Below, in pieces: positions 24,201 to 34,688 of a DNA stretch of 64,000 nucleotides (the stretch's first letter is position 1; the number at the start of each line of letters is the position of its first letter). Origin of the DNA: Podarcis tiliguerta (Eukaryota); NCBI GenBank assembly GCA_965153285.1, contig OZ229113.1; one strand, written 5' to 3'. The notes below the pieces were generated by a model, which saw nothing but the letters and a program-made list of their open reading frames with translations, did not search any database and was not told the DNA's origin. The translations under genes and the position numbers were made by a program.

Positions 24201-25805
24201 GGGTAGGCACAGGTGAGCACTAGAAGGTGAACACTAGAATATAATGGAGAAGCAGCTAGGCAACATGTCCCCACTCTCTCTAGTGTGTGAAACAGCATGC
24301 TTCGATAGGGCCTAGGAAAAGGGCACAAACTTCAAAAAGCACAGAATGAAGCACAGGAAGCAATGCAAAAGGCAATTCAGAAGGATGCCACAAAGTACTC
24401 AGGTTTAGAAAAAGACTGGGTATTCTTTTAATGTATTTTTTGAGATCATCTGACTTAAAAAAAGACTATGGATGAGATCAAATGTAGGGTAAGTGGGCAT
24501 CCACACAGGAAACAGGGCTTCCCTTCCTATCTTCCCACTACTGGAGCAGATTTTTTTTAGGGGGGCAGGGATGCTGCTGAAGGAGAAATAAGAAAACCAG
24601 AAGCACTTTTGTGCAAGTGGATTTCTGCTGCACAAAGAGAAGCTGCACTGGCAGCTGCTCTATATATTTAGTCTTTCAGATGTCTGCTACATCATTACAA
24701 TTCATAAACTGTATACCCATATCTTGTTAAGAACTAGTGACAGCACATTGCCCCAATTCGTACTTCACAGTTACTATAATTTGTGACATTTTCTTTGCGA
24801 GCTGCTCCTTCTGTCATATTCAAAGTTACATTCCCCACACCATTTAGTTGGGCAATGCTTTGGGTACCATTTGTGGAAAGGTGGCATACAAATGTTTAAA
24901 ATAAATGCCTCTAAAGGTTCACTATGGGGTGCATGCACCTAAAACTGGTAACTTAAGAACCAGCTCATCAAAATATAAAGGAAAAGAACATGCAATGTTT
25001 CTTTGAAGATTTTTCTACTAGGAACAGCTCGACAGTATCTCACCTTTAAGTTACAAGCCACTGCTTTGCCATCTTCACCTTTGTACATCAGCTTCATCCC
25101 TCGTAAAGCATTCATAGCCTTGATGAAACCTGCATATTCCTCATACTGAACATAAGCTTCAAAATTCAAATGGCCTCCAAAACTGAACGTATGAAAGTTT
25201 CTGCCAGTCATTTCTTCCCTATACGGGTCCAACATGGGTATGTCCACATTCCGTATTTCCCCAAATTTACTAAACACTTTAATAAGAACTTCTTCACTTG
25301 GCTTTTCTGAGCCAGAGTCTTTCAGCGCAAACCATTTACAAGGCAAGCCCTCCAGATGAATAGTGTCTGGCCTTTCCCCTGGCAGAGTTTCATTCATATC
25401 TTTTGCATCACGAAAGAAGGAGTCCCAGTCATGTCGAGTAGGAAAGTCAATTTTGTATTCTGCAGCACGGACTTTTAAAATGTCTGAAAAGCCACTAAGT
25501 TTTATAGTTTTGCCATCCAGGCATGCAAGGAAGGATTTAACCAGACTCTTATTTTCTACCTCTCCTTCAAAGCGGATGAAATCCATGGTGCTTTTAGATA
25601 TCCGCAAGGTTGAGAACTGATGTGTTTGCACCATTCCTTTCAGCCTTTCCATCACTTCCCAATTTGAAATAGACTTCCCAGGCTGCTTTAACTGAGGAAG
25701 TGCCACACTGATGGTCATTTTTGTAATGGGCTTAAGGTATAGCCCATAAGGAGCACAAAGCTCCACTGCTTCTGTTGTGTCATGAACTATTGTAGCAGCT
25801 GCCAT
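17371..25805 (-). CDS. AKAP17A: A-kinase anchor protein 17A (SFRS17A/XE7), complete spliced CDS, 682 aa
   Basis: Exon join 25805-25044, 22897-22749, 20093-19853, 18267-17371; 762+149+241+897 = 2049 nt, all GT-AG. N-terminus MAAATIVHDTTEAVEL, an RRM-like region, an E/K/R coiled coil and an RS-rich tail ending RSTWSR. Confidence 0.96.
19734..19757. repeat. (TG)n microsatellite
   Basis: Seen directly. Confidence 0.9.
19853..20093 (-). CDS. AKAP17A: AKAP17A coding exon 3 (KQKELEELERE...AELLSRAK)
   Basis: 241 nt; donor AAG|GTAACT. Confidence 0.94.
20608..21853 (+). mobile_element. 5'-truncated, frameshifted Rex1/Babar-clade LINE (RT fragment) antisense in an AKAP17A intron
   Basis: LTSVVMKCFERLV, QFAYRRNRSTDD, YVRMLFLEYSSAFNTI, KFADDT (about 21065-21082) and KAQQRLHFLR motifs; AATAAA followed by a (TTA)n tail. 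Confidence 0.85.
22238..22374. mobile_element. Degenerate hairpin hAT MITE
   Basis: TIR CAGGGGTAGCCAAC / GTTGGCTACTCCA; same family as 607-729. Confidence 0.6.
22749..22897 (-). CDS. AKAP17A: AKAP17A coding exon 2 (VSFDSTKHLSDASIKKRQLERQKLQE...)
   Basis: 149 nt; donor AAG|GTACGC. Confidence 0.94.
25044..25805 (-). CDS. AKAP17A: AKAP17A first coding exon
   Basis: Acceptor ttttttgTAG 2 nt before the ATG; donor AAG|GTGAGA. Confidence 0.95.
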
Positions 25806-26744
25806 AGCTACAAAAAAGACAATAAGCATACAAGGGATAGTAGGCTTATCTGCGATTTAGACACTGACAGAAAGTGGTTCCTTTCTTAGAATAAATGATC
25901 ATTTTAACAGTTTCCTGAAAGCAGCATTCAAAGGCTTAAGAACAAGTCCTCTGTTAAAATTTATCAAAACAATATATAGAGAGTCCACAACAAAATATTA
26001 TGCTCTTTCCTAATCACACTGCACTTCTGTGCTCCAGCTGCAAGCAGAGAAACTTCAAAACTGTGTGATGGGTACTAAGAAGGAGTGTTTAAGAAGGAGA
26101 AACTGAAGATGCAGAGAAACAGCTGTAGTCTTTTGCTTCAAATTCATTGCAGGTTGTTTGATGCATCACAACTGAGATGAATTCGAGTGGATACAGAAAC
26201 CAGAAATCTGTAAATTGAAACAAATGAATTAAGAATCTTACTTTCTTACTTTCCATCCTATTAAACCAAACACAGGATTATTTTTAGTTAATGAAGCACT
26301 GAAGAGCAGCAAACGCCTCAAAGCCAAAGTTACTATAAAATGATTTCTGGGAAAGTATTAAGTATAGCATGTAAATTATATATTTGCTAAGTAGAGCAAA
26401 ATTTACAAACTATTGTTACACAGTGAGAATACATCCAACTGACAAGTACTGCAATCCTAACCCTGTCTATTCAGAGGTAAATCCTACTGAATTAAATGGG
26501 GCTTACTCTCAGGTAAATGGGGTTAGGACTACAGCCTAAGTTGATAATATTTTCATTAGCATTACCTGTATGAAACATAACAAGTTTCAGCAACCCTAAC
26601 TTAGAAATTAACTACAACAGTTAAGATAAAAAGAGAATTTACTAAACTGTCATCCAAGTTAATACTATTTTGCTGTTTGTAAAAGGTGAATAAATATATT
26701 CTACTTTCAATTACTGTAACAATTAATTTAACACCATAAAATTA

Positions 26745-26881
26745 AATTATGCAACTACATAATTATGCAACTACATAATATGATTGCATGCTGGGGATTG
26801 CATGCTGGGGAAAGCAGGAGAATTTAAGGGAAAGCAGGAGAATTTAAGGGAAAGCAGGAGAATTTAAGCAGGAGAATTTAA
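26745..26881. repeat. Three abutting short tandem duplications (16 nt x2, 14 nt x2, 20 nt x3.7)
   Basis: AATTATGCAACTACAT x2; GATTGCATGCTGGG x2; GGGAAAGCAGGAGAATTTAA x3 plus a partial copy. Confidence 0.9.
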
Positions 26882-27456
26882 GGAGAGTCATGCTGGCTCA
26901 GGGCAAAAAGCCTATCTAACCCAGCACTTTGTTTCCAACAGAAGCCAGCCAGATTGTCTCCTGGGAGCATGAAGGTGACAGCTACCTCCAGTTTGCTCCC
27001 AGTATTCAGTGCACACTCCCTAAAACACAAGGAAGAAGAAATTGGGCAATGAATCGGGTAGGCCCCACTTTTCAGGCTGGTGCTCAAGAAGGGTTCCAGG
27101 TCCGAAACAAAAAGACTGACCGCACAATATGCAACACAGGGAGTGTGTGTTGTACTAAGGCCAGCGAGAGAGACCTGGGTTCACATCCACCCCCACCTGG
27201 CCCTGGACTAGAAAACGGCTCTAGCCTGTCTCAGTGCTGCTGTGAGAATGAAACCAGAGGAAGGCTTATTGATGCAAACCCCCAAAATGTATTTTCTATG
27301 GCTAAGTTTTTACCTCTATCTTCAGTACATTTTTATTGCTACAGCTAGTGGCTGATGCAAATAAAGATTCTTCCCATTCTGACTCCAGAGGAAGGGCAGG
27401 GAAGCCTAGTGGCCTGAGCCCCTGGAAAGGAGGGCGCAGGTGAAAGGAGACTGGTG

Positions 27457-27457
27457 A

Positions 27458-27503
<46 letters not shown>
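27457..27503. repeat. (GAAA)n microsatellite
   Basis: Seen directly. Confidence 0.95.
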
Positions 27504-27504
<1 letters not shown>

Positions 27505-27505
<1 letters not shown>

Positions 27506-28170
27506 AGACGTCGTCCTGGGGCTGCAGGCTTAGAAAAAGGAGCTGTTGGGGGGAAGGGGGGGCGATGAGAACTTGAGCAGAGGACATTCGCTTTTTTCGC
27601 AGGCGGGGCGGTGGGCTAAGTGCCACAACGGGCCCGAAGGCAGGCTGGCGTCTCCCGCACAGACACGCACCCAGGAAACGTGTCGGTCCTGACACACGCA
27701 CAACAGCACACGCGCACTATGGGCGACTGGCTACAGGCGGAGCGGTGGGCGAGAGAAGGCACCTACCGCGCGCCCGGTCCTTGGCACATCTGGCCTCCGC
27801 CAAACTGAGGAGGAAGGACCAGCCCCGCGCCGCCGACGCCCGTTTTCTTCCTCCTCCTCCTCTCCAGGGTAACCCGCGGTCGCCTCTCTCTCTCCCTCTC
27901 TCTCGTCCGGCCTCCCGCGCACGCGCGCACCTCACCGGCCTTCCCACAGTGCCCAGCGCCACCAAAACAAAAGCACTTCCGCTTCCTCCGAGATAAACGA
28001 GGGCGAGCACGTAGGACGCCCGCTATAGAGAGAAGGGAATGCCCTTATAAGGGCTTGGTGCACACAGAGAGATGGCGAGCACGGAATGTAGAGGGACACG
28101 CGTGATGCGCACTTCAGGTTTCAAGACGGCGAGGGAAAAGTTTTCTGAGTTGCTCGCGGGTCGGCGAGCA
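27505..28170 (-). promoter_or_regulatory. AKAP17A: CpG-island promoter and probable non-coding exon 1 of AKAP17A (exon ends at 27936)
   Basis: CpG-dense stretch; donor CCG|GTGAGG at 27936/27935; tandem ETS sites (CACTTCCGCTTCC, 27974-27986); CArG box CCTTATAAGG at 28043-28052. Confidence 0.8.
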
Positions 28171-28299
28171 TATATTCTCTGCATATATGCGGTAGAGAAG
28201 GAGGAATAATTTTGGGTAGCTAGAGCTTCAGTTGCAGTGTGATGCGTGTTTTGTCTTGGGATTATTAATTAAAAAAAATATCAGTCTCAGGTCTCATCT

Positions 28300-28365
28300 T
28301 ACAGAGTCATAGAATTGGAAGAGGGTCCGAGGGTCATCTAGTCCAACCCCCTGCAATGCAAGAAT
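28300..28365 (-). mobile_element. CR1 LINE 3' terminal fragment
   Basis: Reverse complement of the CR1 tail at 31050-31116; a similar fragment lies at about 37955-38020. Confidence 0.7.
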
Positions 28366-29011
28366 CTCAGCATCCCATTTGAAAGCAGCCCGGACCCTGC
28401 TTGGCTTTGCAAATGTGCTAGCAATTTTATTGCTTCTCCACTTCAACTTTGTATGTCCCTCAGCCAGCCTGACGCACAATACAGTATTAACAGCGGGCTA
28501 TGATCTTGCTTTTCTTTAATTCTCAATCATACCGTTCTCTAAATTTGAAGCATCGTGGCAATGGATCGCGTTTGCTTTAGAATTTGCACCGGTGGGACTA
28601 TTATTAGTTTTAAGCCATTCATACAAAGCAAGACCGCAATTAAAAGGGATACGGGTGCCTTTTTTGCTGCTAGTAGTCTGCGACTTTTTGATTCTGAGTG
28701 AGTGGGATCGCGCTGGTGTCACAGCTGCGATATATAAATAAATGTAAGTTAAAAAAAACAACAACACGACTCCCTAGATTCAAATATCGTATTCTAATCG
28801 ATGGGAATTTGTCACTTCCAAGGAAAGCTGCAAGAATGATTTTTCCAAAGTTAGACCAGGTATTCCTCCTGTTGAGGCAAAGATACGTTACAAATATTCT
28901 TAAAATACTGTATATAAATCTATGGAACTAAGATCATAGAGTTTAAAAAGAATTGGGCTTCCCAACCGTAGAAAAATCTCTGTCTTCCTGGCGTTACATC
29001 TTTAAAGGTGG

Positions 29012-29026
29012 GCTGCCATCTAGTGG
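29012..29026 (-). promoter_or_regulatory. CTCF consensus motif
   Basis: CCACTAGATGGCAGC on the minus strand, a near-optimal core. Confidence 0.6.
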
Positions 29027-29365
29027 TTCAGTGCGAATTTTCAACGTATCATGTCAAGCGAAGGAAAAGACGTTGAGACTACTTTGTTCTTGTTTTAAAA
29101 TTTCCTATTGACCAGATAGTGGGTTTTTAAAAGAAAACTAGACAATTTTTTATGTGAGAGAGCTGAGTTGTGATAAATTCAGCAGCCAACTCCACATAAA
29201 ATCTGACCCATGTTGACCGTGACATACAGCAGTGTCAACATACATCGCACTGAATAAGGGTGTACTTACTTAATTTTATTTCTAATTATATTTCACTTTC
29301 TTCCAAGGAGATCAAGGTGGCATACATGATTATCTTCTACAACAGTTCTGTGAGGTAGGCTAGGC

Positions 29366-29847
29366 CAGAGCTTTCCAAACTTTTCATGTTGGTGACACAC
29401 CTTTTTAGACCTGTATCACTCGTGACACAGTAGTTCAGTTTTACTAGCAGACCGGAGGTTATACTCAGTGGCGTAGCGTGGGTTGTCAGCACCCAGGGCA
29501 AGGCAAGTAATTTGCGCGCCCCCCTGCACTGTCCCTCCCCCAGATAGTCCCTCGCTCTCTCTCCGCACCGCACCGCACGCCTGGCACCCTCCCCTCCACA
29601 GTGGGCGGCGACCCGGCGGCTCGGATCGGATTCGCACAGCCAGCACTGCAGTGAGAGAGAGTGAGTGAGCCAGGTAAGGGCAGAGAGCTGCGAGTGCGAG
29701 CGCCCCCCCTGCACCCCCCACGCTACGCCACTAGTTATACTAACTCCTTTTCAGCCTCTGGAGGAATGCAAGGAGCATTTGTGCGACACACCTACACACT
29801 GCAGCCAACACACAAACGTGCCGCAACACACAGTTTGGAGAGCTCTG
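29366..29847. mobile_element. hAT MITE (outer element of the nest)
   Basis: TIR CAGAGCTTTCCAAACT / AGTTTGGAGAGCTCTG; exact TSD GGCTAGGC (29358-29365, 29848-29855). Confidence 0.88.
29466..29733. mobile_element. GC-rich hAT (Tip100-like) MITE (inner element of the nest)
   Basis: TIR CAGTGGCGTAGCGTGGG / CCCACGCTACGCCACTA; exact TSD GTTATACT (29458-29465, 29734-29741). Confidence 0.88.
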
Positions 29848-30054
29848 GGCTAGGCTGACAGATGGTGGCCGGCTTAACGTCACCCAATGAGCTTCATGGC
29901 TGAGTGGGGATTTGAAGCCCGGTCTTATTCCATGTGTGTGCTTTCATATGCTTTAATTGCTGTGTTTGGACCATTAAGACCAGCATGGTGCTTTTCATTA
30001 TATGACAGCTCATAAGTAAACTTGCAAGCTGTTTCCACTGACCAGTATTAGTTT

Positions 30055-30415
30055 TGCTGAAATGGCGAAACTAACTGGAAAGCTCAGAAATCAAGATGGC
30101 AAGAAATTTAAAAAAGAATGGGAAATGTTTATTATGTGTTTACAAAAGTATTGTAAACAAGTTAATACATTGGCAGGATTTTAAGAAATAATACAGGAAA
30201 GTTGAGGTAGAAAAATAATTTCAAGTAGAAATGATATGCAGTTGAAAAGGAAATTTAAGGAACCCGGGGGTGTGGGGGGGGAGGGAAGTCAAGAGATTCC
30301 CTTTGGATTTGATATTGTTTTTGTGTATATTTTTCTTTGGTTGTGGTTGTTTGTTTTTTTATTTTTGTTATTTCTGTTGAAAATTTAATTAAAATATTAT
30401 TTTAAAAACAAACAA
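30055..30415 (+). mobile_element. 5'-truncated L1-like LINE 3' end
   Basis: 14-bp TSD ACCAGTATTAGTTT (30041-30054, 30416-30429); EMAKLTGKLRNQ...KEWEMF ORF2-like C-terminus; G-rich tract and A-rich tail. Confidence 0.7.
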
Positions 30416-30713
30416 ACCAGTATTAGTTTGGATGATGTATATTGAATATAATAAAGGCCTCATTAAGGGAAGTTGTGCTCCATTTGCTTAGAAAGTGAAA
30501 GCACTACTGAAGTCCCTTCCTTAGATCCTTATGATCAAGGTGACTAAAGGACAGAGTCTAGCCTTCCTTTCCTAGACCAAATGGTTTAGCAGACTGTGGC
30601 CTGCCCATGGTGTCTATTTCTTTCTCATATGCAGGTCATCAAGCAAGTATGTAGATAACAAAAAGCTTAAATCAGTTCAGACTCATTTCCCAAGAAGAAT
30701 AGACTATTCTAGT

Positions 30714-31116
30714 TCCCCATGAGGAACGGCTAAGGGAGCTGGGCATGTTTAGCCTGGAGAAGAGGAGGTTAAGGGGTGATATGATAGCCATGTTCAAATA
30801 TATAAAAGGATGTCACATAGAGGAGGGAGAAAAGTTGTTTTCTGCTGCTCCAGAGAAGTGGACACGGAGCAATTGATCCAAACTACAAGAAAGAAGATTC
30901 CACCTAAACATTAGGAAGAACTTCCTGACAGTAAGAGCTGTTCGACAGTGGAATTTGCTGCCAAGGAGTGTGGTGGAGTCTCCTTCTTTGGAGGTCTTTA
31001 AGCAGAGGCTTGACAACCATATGTCAGGAGTGCTCTGATGGTGTTTCCTGCTTGGCAGGGGGTTGGACTCGATGGCCCTTGTGGTCTCTTCCAACTCTAT
31101 GATTCTATGATTCTAT
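30714..31116 (+). mobile_element. CR1 LINE, 5'-truncated
   Basis: EERLRELGMFSLEKRRLRGDMI ORF2 C-terminus; (ATTCTATG)n tail. Confidence 0.92.
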
Positions 31117-31468
31117 CTTACAATTATTCCTTTGCAAATAAAATTCTTGCCAGACTACATCTGTCTCTGATTGTGTGTGCTTTTTAAAAACCAAATTGTA
31201 CAAAAATTGCTCTGTCCACAAGCTCTGACTTCACCCCCCACCCTATTTAAAAAAAATACTGTCCAGATAGTTGAGAATGGCTTGCCACTTGCTTCACTCT
31301 TTAACATAGTTTTTCAGTTACCTGGGAGTAAGTTCCATTTGACATAATAGGACTTACATTTTAGTAAACCCCATTGAACAAGCATATGGCTGATTATATT
31401 GTATGTTGTTAAATACACCATTCAGTAAAACTAATTTATTACATTAGAACTCCACTAGAGGAAACTGT

Positions 31469-34400
31469 CCCCTTCATGGATCACTGCCTTGCCGTGGCGA
31501 AGGGGCTTGAAGAACTCAGAGAAACTATGAACTATGCCGAGCAGGGCACACAAGATGAACAGGTCATAGTGGAGAGTTTGGACCAAACGTGATCCACCTG
31601 GAGCAGGAACCGGCAAGCCACTCCAGTATCCCTGCCAAGAAAACTCCATGGACAAAGACAACAGGCATATAAAAGATATGACGCTGGAAGATGAGCCCCT
31701 CAGGTCGGAAGGCGTCCAACATGCTACTGGGGAAGAGCGGAGGACAAGTACAAGTAGATCCAGAGCTGATGAAGCGGCTGGGCCAAAGCCGAAAGGACGC
31801 TCAGTTGCGGATATGCATGGAAGCGAAAGGAAAGTCCAATGCTGTAAAGAAAAATATTGCATAGGAACCTGGAATGTAAGAACCATGAACCTGGGTAAGT
31901 TGGATGTGGTCAAAAATGAGATGGCAAGAATAAACATTGACATCCTGGGCATCAGTGAACTAAAATGGACGGGAATGGGCGAATTCAGTTCGGATGACTA
32001 TCATGTCTACTACTGTGGGCAAGAAACCCGTAAAAGAAATGGAGTGGCCCTCATAGTCAACAAAAGAGTGGCGAAAGCTGTACTGGGATGCAATCTCAAA
32101 AATGATAGAATGATCTCGATACGAATCCAAGGCAGACCTTTTAACATCACAGTAATCCAAGTTTATGCACCAACTACTGGTGCTGAAGAAACTGAAATTG
32201 ACCAATTCTATGAAGACTTACAACACCTTATAGAAGTGACACCAAAGAAGGATGTTCTTCTCATTATAGGGGATTGGAATGCTAAAGTAGGGAATCAAGA
32301 GATAAAAGGAACAACTGGCAAATTTGGTCTTGGAATTCAAAACGAAGCAGGGCAAAGGCTAATAGAGTTCTGTCAAGAGAACAAGCTGGTCATCACAAAC
32401 ACTCTTTTCCAACAACACAAGAGACGACTCTACACATGGACATCACCAGATGGGCAGCATCGAAATCAGATTGATTATATTCTCTGCAGCCAAAGATGGA
32501 GAAGCTCTATACAGTCAGCAAAAACAAGACCTGGAGCTGACTGTGGCTCAGATCATCAGCTTCTTATAGCAAAATTCAAGCTTAAACTGAAGAAAGTAGG
32601 AAAAACCACTGGGCCGGTAAGATACAATCTAAACCAAATCCCTTATGAATACACAGTGGAAGTGAGGAACAGGTTTAAGGATTTAGATTTGCTGGACAGA
32701 GTGCCTGAAGAACTATGGATTGAGGCTCGCAACATTATACAGGAGGCAGCAACGAAAACCATCCCAATGAAAAGGAAATGCAAGAAAGCAAAGTGGCTGT
32801 CCAATGAGGCCTTACAAATAGCGGAGGAGAGAAGGCAAGCAAAATGCGAGGGAGATAGAGAAAGATACAGGAAATTGAATGCAGAATTCCAAAAAATAGC
32901 AAGGAGAGATAAGAAGGCCTTCTTAAATGAGCAATGCAAAGAAATAGAGGAAAACAACAGAATGGGAAGAACCAGAGATCTGTTCAAGAAAATTGGAGAT
33001 ATGAAAGGAACATTTCGTTCAAAGATTACCATAATAAAGGACAAAAGTGGTAAGGACCTAACAGAAGCAGAAGACATCAAGAAGAGGTGGCAAGAATACA
33101 CAGAGGAACTATACCAGAAAGATATGGATGTCTCGTACACCCCAGGTAGTGTGGTTGCTGACCTTGAGCCAGACATCCTGGAGGGTGAAGTCAAATGGGC
33201 CTTAGAAAGCATTGCAAATAACAAGGCCAGTGGAAGTGATGGTATTCCAGCTGAACTATTTAAAATTTTAAAAGATGATGCTGTTAAGGTGCTACACTCA
33301 ATATGCCAGCAAGTTTGGAAAACTCAGCAGTGGCCAGAAGATTGGAGAAGGTCAGTCTACATCCCAATCCCAAAGAAGGGCAGTGCTAAAGAATGCTCCA
33401 ACTACCGCACAATTGCACTCATTTCACACGCCAGCAAGGTTATGCTTAAAATTCTTCAAGGAAGGCTCAAGCAGTATGTGGACCGAGAACTCCCAGAAGT
33501 GCAAGCTGGATTTAGAAGAGGCAGGGGAACCAGAGACCAAATTGCAAACATGCGCTGGATTATGGAGAAAGCTAGAGAGTTCCAGAAAGACATCTACTTT
33601 TGCTTCATTGACTATGCAAAAGCCTTTGACTGTGTCGATCACAGCAAACTATGGCAAGTTCTTAAAGAAATGGGAGTGCCTGATCACCTCATCTGTCTCC
33701 TGAGAAATCTCTATGTGGGACAAGAAGCTACAGTTAGAACTGGATATGGAACAACTGATTGGTTCAAAATTGGGAAAGGAGTACGACAAGGCTGTATTTT
33801 GTCTCCCTGCTTATTTAACTTATATGCAGAATTCATCATGCGAAAGGCTGGGCTGGATGAATCCCTAGCCGGAATTAAGATTGCCGGAAGAAATATCAAC
33901 AACCTCAGATATGCAGATGACACAACCTTGATGGCAGAAAGTGAGGAGGAATTAAAAAACCTTTTATTGAGGGTGAAAGAGGAGAGCACAAAATATGGTC
34001 TGAAGCTCAACATCAAAAAAACGAAGATCATGGCCACTGGTCCCATCACCTCCTGGCAAATAGAAGGGGAGGAAATGGAGGCAGTGAGAGATTTTACTTT
34101 CTTGGGCTCCATGATCACTGCAGATGGTGACAGCAGCCACGAAATTAAGAGACGCCTGCTTCTTGGGAGGAAAGCAATGGCAAACCTAGATAGCATTTTA
34201 AAGAGTAGAGACATCACCTTGCCAACAAAGGTCCGTATAGTAAAAGCTATGGTTTTCCCAGTAGTGATGTATGGAAGTGAGAGCTGGACCATAAAGAAGG
34301 CTGATCGCCGAAGAATTGACACTTTTGAATTATGGTGCTGGAGGAGACTCTTGAGAGTCCCATGGACTGCAAGAAGATCAAACGCATCCATTCTTAAGGA

Positions 34401-34688
34401 AATCAGCCCTGAGTGCTCACTGGAAGGACAGATCGTGAAGCTGAGGCTCCAATACTTTGGCCACCTCATGAGAAGAGAAGACTCACTGGAAAAGACCCTG
34501 ATGTTGGGAAAGATGGAGGGCACAAGGAGAAGAGGACGACAGAGGACGAGATGGTTAGACAGTGTTCTCGAAGCTACAAACATGAATCTGACCAAACTGC
34601 GGGTGGCAGTGGAAGACAGAAGTGCCTGGCGTGCTCTGGTCCATGGGGTCACGAAGAGTCGGACACGACTGAACGACTAAACAACAAC
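31469..34688 (+). mobile_element. Full-length BovB (RTE-clade) LINE, 3220 bp
   Basis: Exact 12-bp TSD AGAGGAAACTGT (31457-31468, 34689-34700); BovB-type 5' UTR; (CAA)n tail. Confidence 0.96.
31648..34680 (+). CDS. BovB ORF: APE-type endonuclease plus reverse transcriptase, 1010 aa, uninterrupted
   Basis: Endonuclease motifs TWNVR, ISELKW, VYAPT, GDWNAK, QIDY and SDH; RT motifs FIDYAKAFD, GVRQGCILSP and RYADD; C-terminus VHGVTKSRTRL. Confidence 0.96.
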   Translation: MDKDNRHIKDMTLEDEPLRSEGVQHATGEERRTSTSRSRADEAAGPKPKGRSVADMHGSERKVQCCKEKYCIGTWNVRTMNLGKLDVVKNEMARINIDILGISELKWTGMGEFSSDDYHVYYCGQETRKRNGVALIVNKRVAKAVLGCNLKNDRMISIRIQGRPFNITVIQVYAPTTGAEETEIDQFYEDLQHLIEVTPKKDVLLIIGDWNAKVGNQEIKGTTGKFGLGIQNEAGQRLIEFCQENKLVITNTLFQQHKRRLYTWTSPDGQHRNQIDYILCSQRWRSSIQSAKTRPGADCGSDHQLLIAKFKLKLKKVGKTTGPVRYNLNQIPYEYTVEVRNRFKDLDLLDRVPEELWIEARNIIQEAATKTIPMKRKCKKAKWLSNEALQIAEERRQAKCEGDRERYRKLNAEFQKIARRDKKAFLNEQCKEIEENNRMGRTRDLFKKIGDMKGTFRSKITIIKDKSGKDLTEAEDIKKRWQEYTEELYQKDMDVSYTPGSVVADLEPDILEGEVKWALESIANNKASGSDGIPAELFKILKDDAVKVLHSICQQVWKTQQWPEDWRRSVYIPIPKKGSAKECSNYRTIALISHASKVMLKILQGRLKQYVDRELPEVQAGFRRGRGTRDQIANMRWIMEKAREFQKDIYFCFIDYAKAFDCVDHSKLWQVLKEMGVPDHLICLLRNLYVGQEATVRTGYGTTDWFKIGKGVRQGCILSPCLFNLYAEFIMRKAGLDESLAGIKIAGRNINNLRYADDTTLMAESEEELKNLLLRVKEESTKYGLKLNIKKTKIMATGPITSWQIEGEEMEAVRDFTFLGSMITADGDSSHEIKRRLLLGRKAMANLDSILKSRDITLPTKVRIVKAMVFPVVMYGSESWTIKKADRRRIDTFELWCWRRLLRVPWTARRSNASILKEISPECSLEGQIVKLRLQYFGHLMRREDSLEKTLMLGKMEGTRRRGRQRTRWLDSVLEATNMNLTKLRVAVEDRSAWRALVHGVTKSRTRLND

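Larger units (their letters stand above)
29290..29930 (-). mobile_element. Old CORE/MIR-like SINE split by nested MITEs
   Basis: CAACAGTTCTGTGAGGTAGG on the left half and GTCACCCAATGAGCTTCATGGCTGAGTGGGGATTTGAA on the right half. Confidence 0.6.

Noticed and set aside
24939-25829. 296-aa ORF taken as a standalone gene
   Set aside because: It is the first AKAP17A coding exon plus intron read-through; the real limits are 25805-25044.
29416-29760. GC-rich patch as a second promoter or gene
   Set aside because: Fully explained by a TIR- and TSD-bounded MITE.
31469-31600. HDV-like ribozyme at the BovB 5' end, as reported for some RTE elements
   Set aside because: I could not fit the nested double pseudoknot by eye; a descriptor-based search is needed.
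33711-34652. 313-aa antisense ORF (also 31455-31952 and 32643-33224)
   Set aside because: Antisense shadows of the BovB ORF with no independent protein features.
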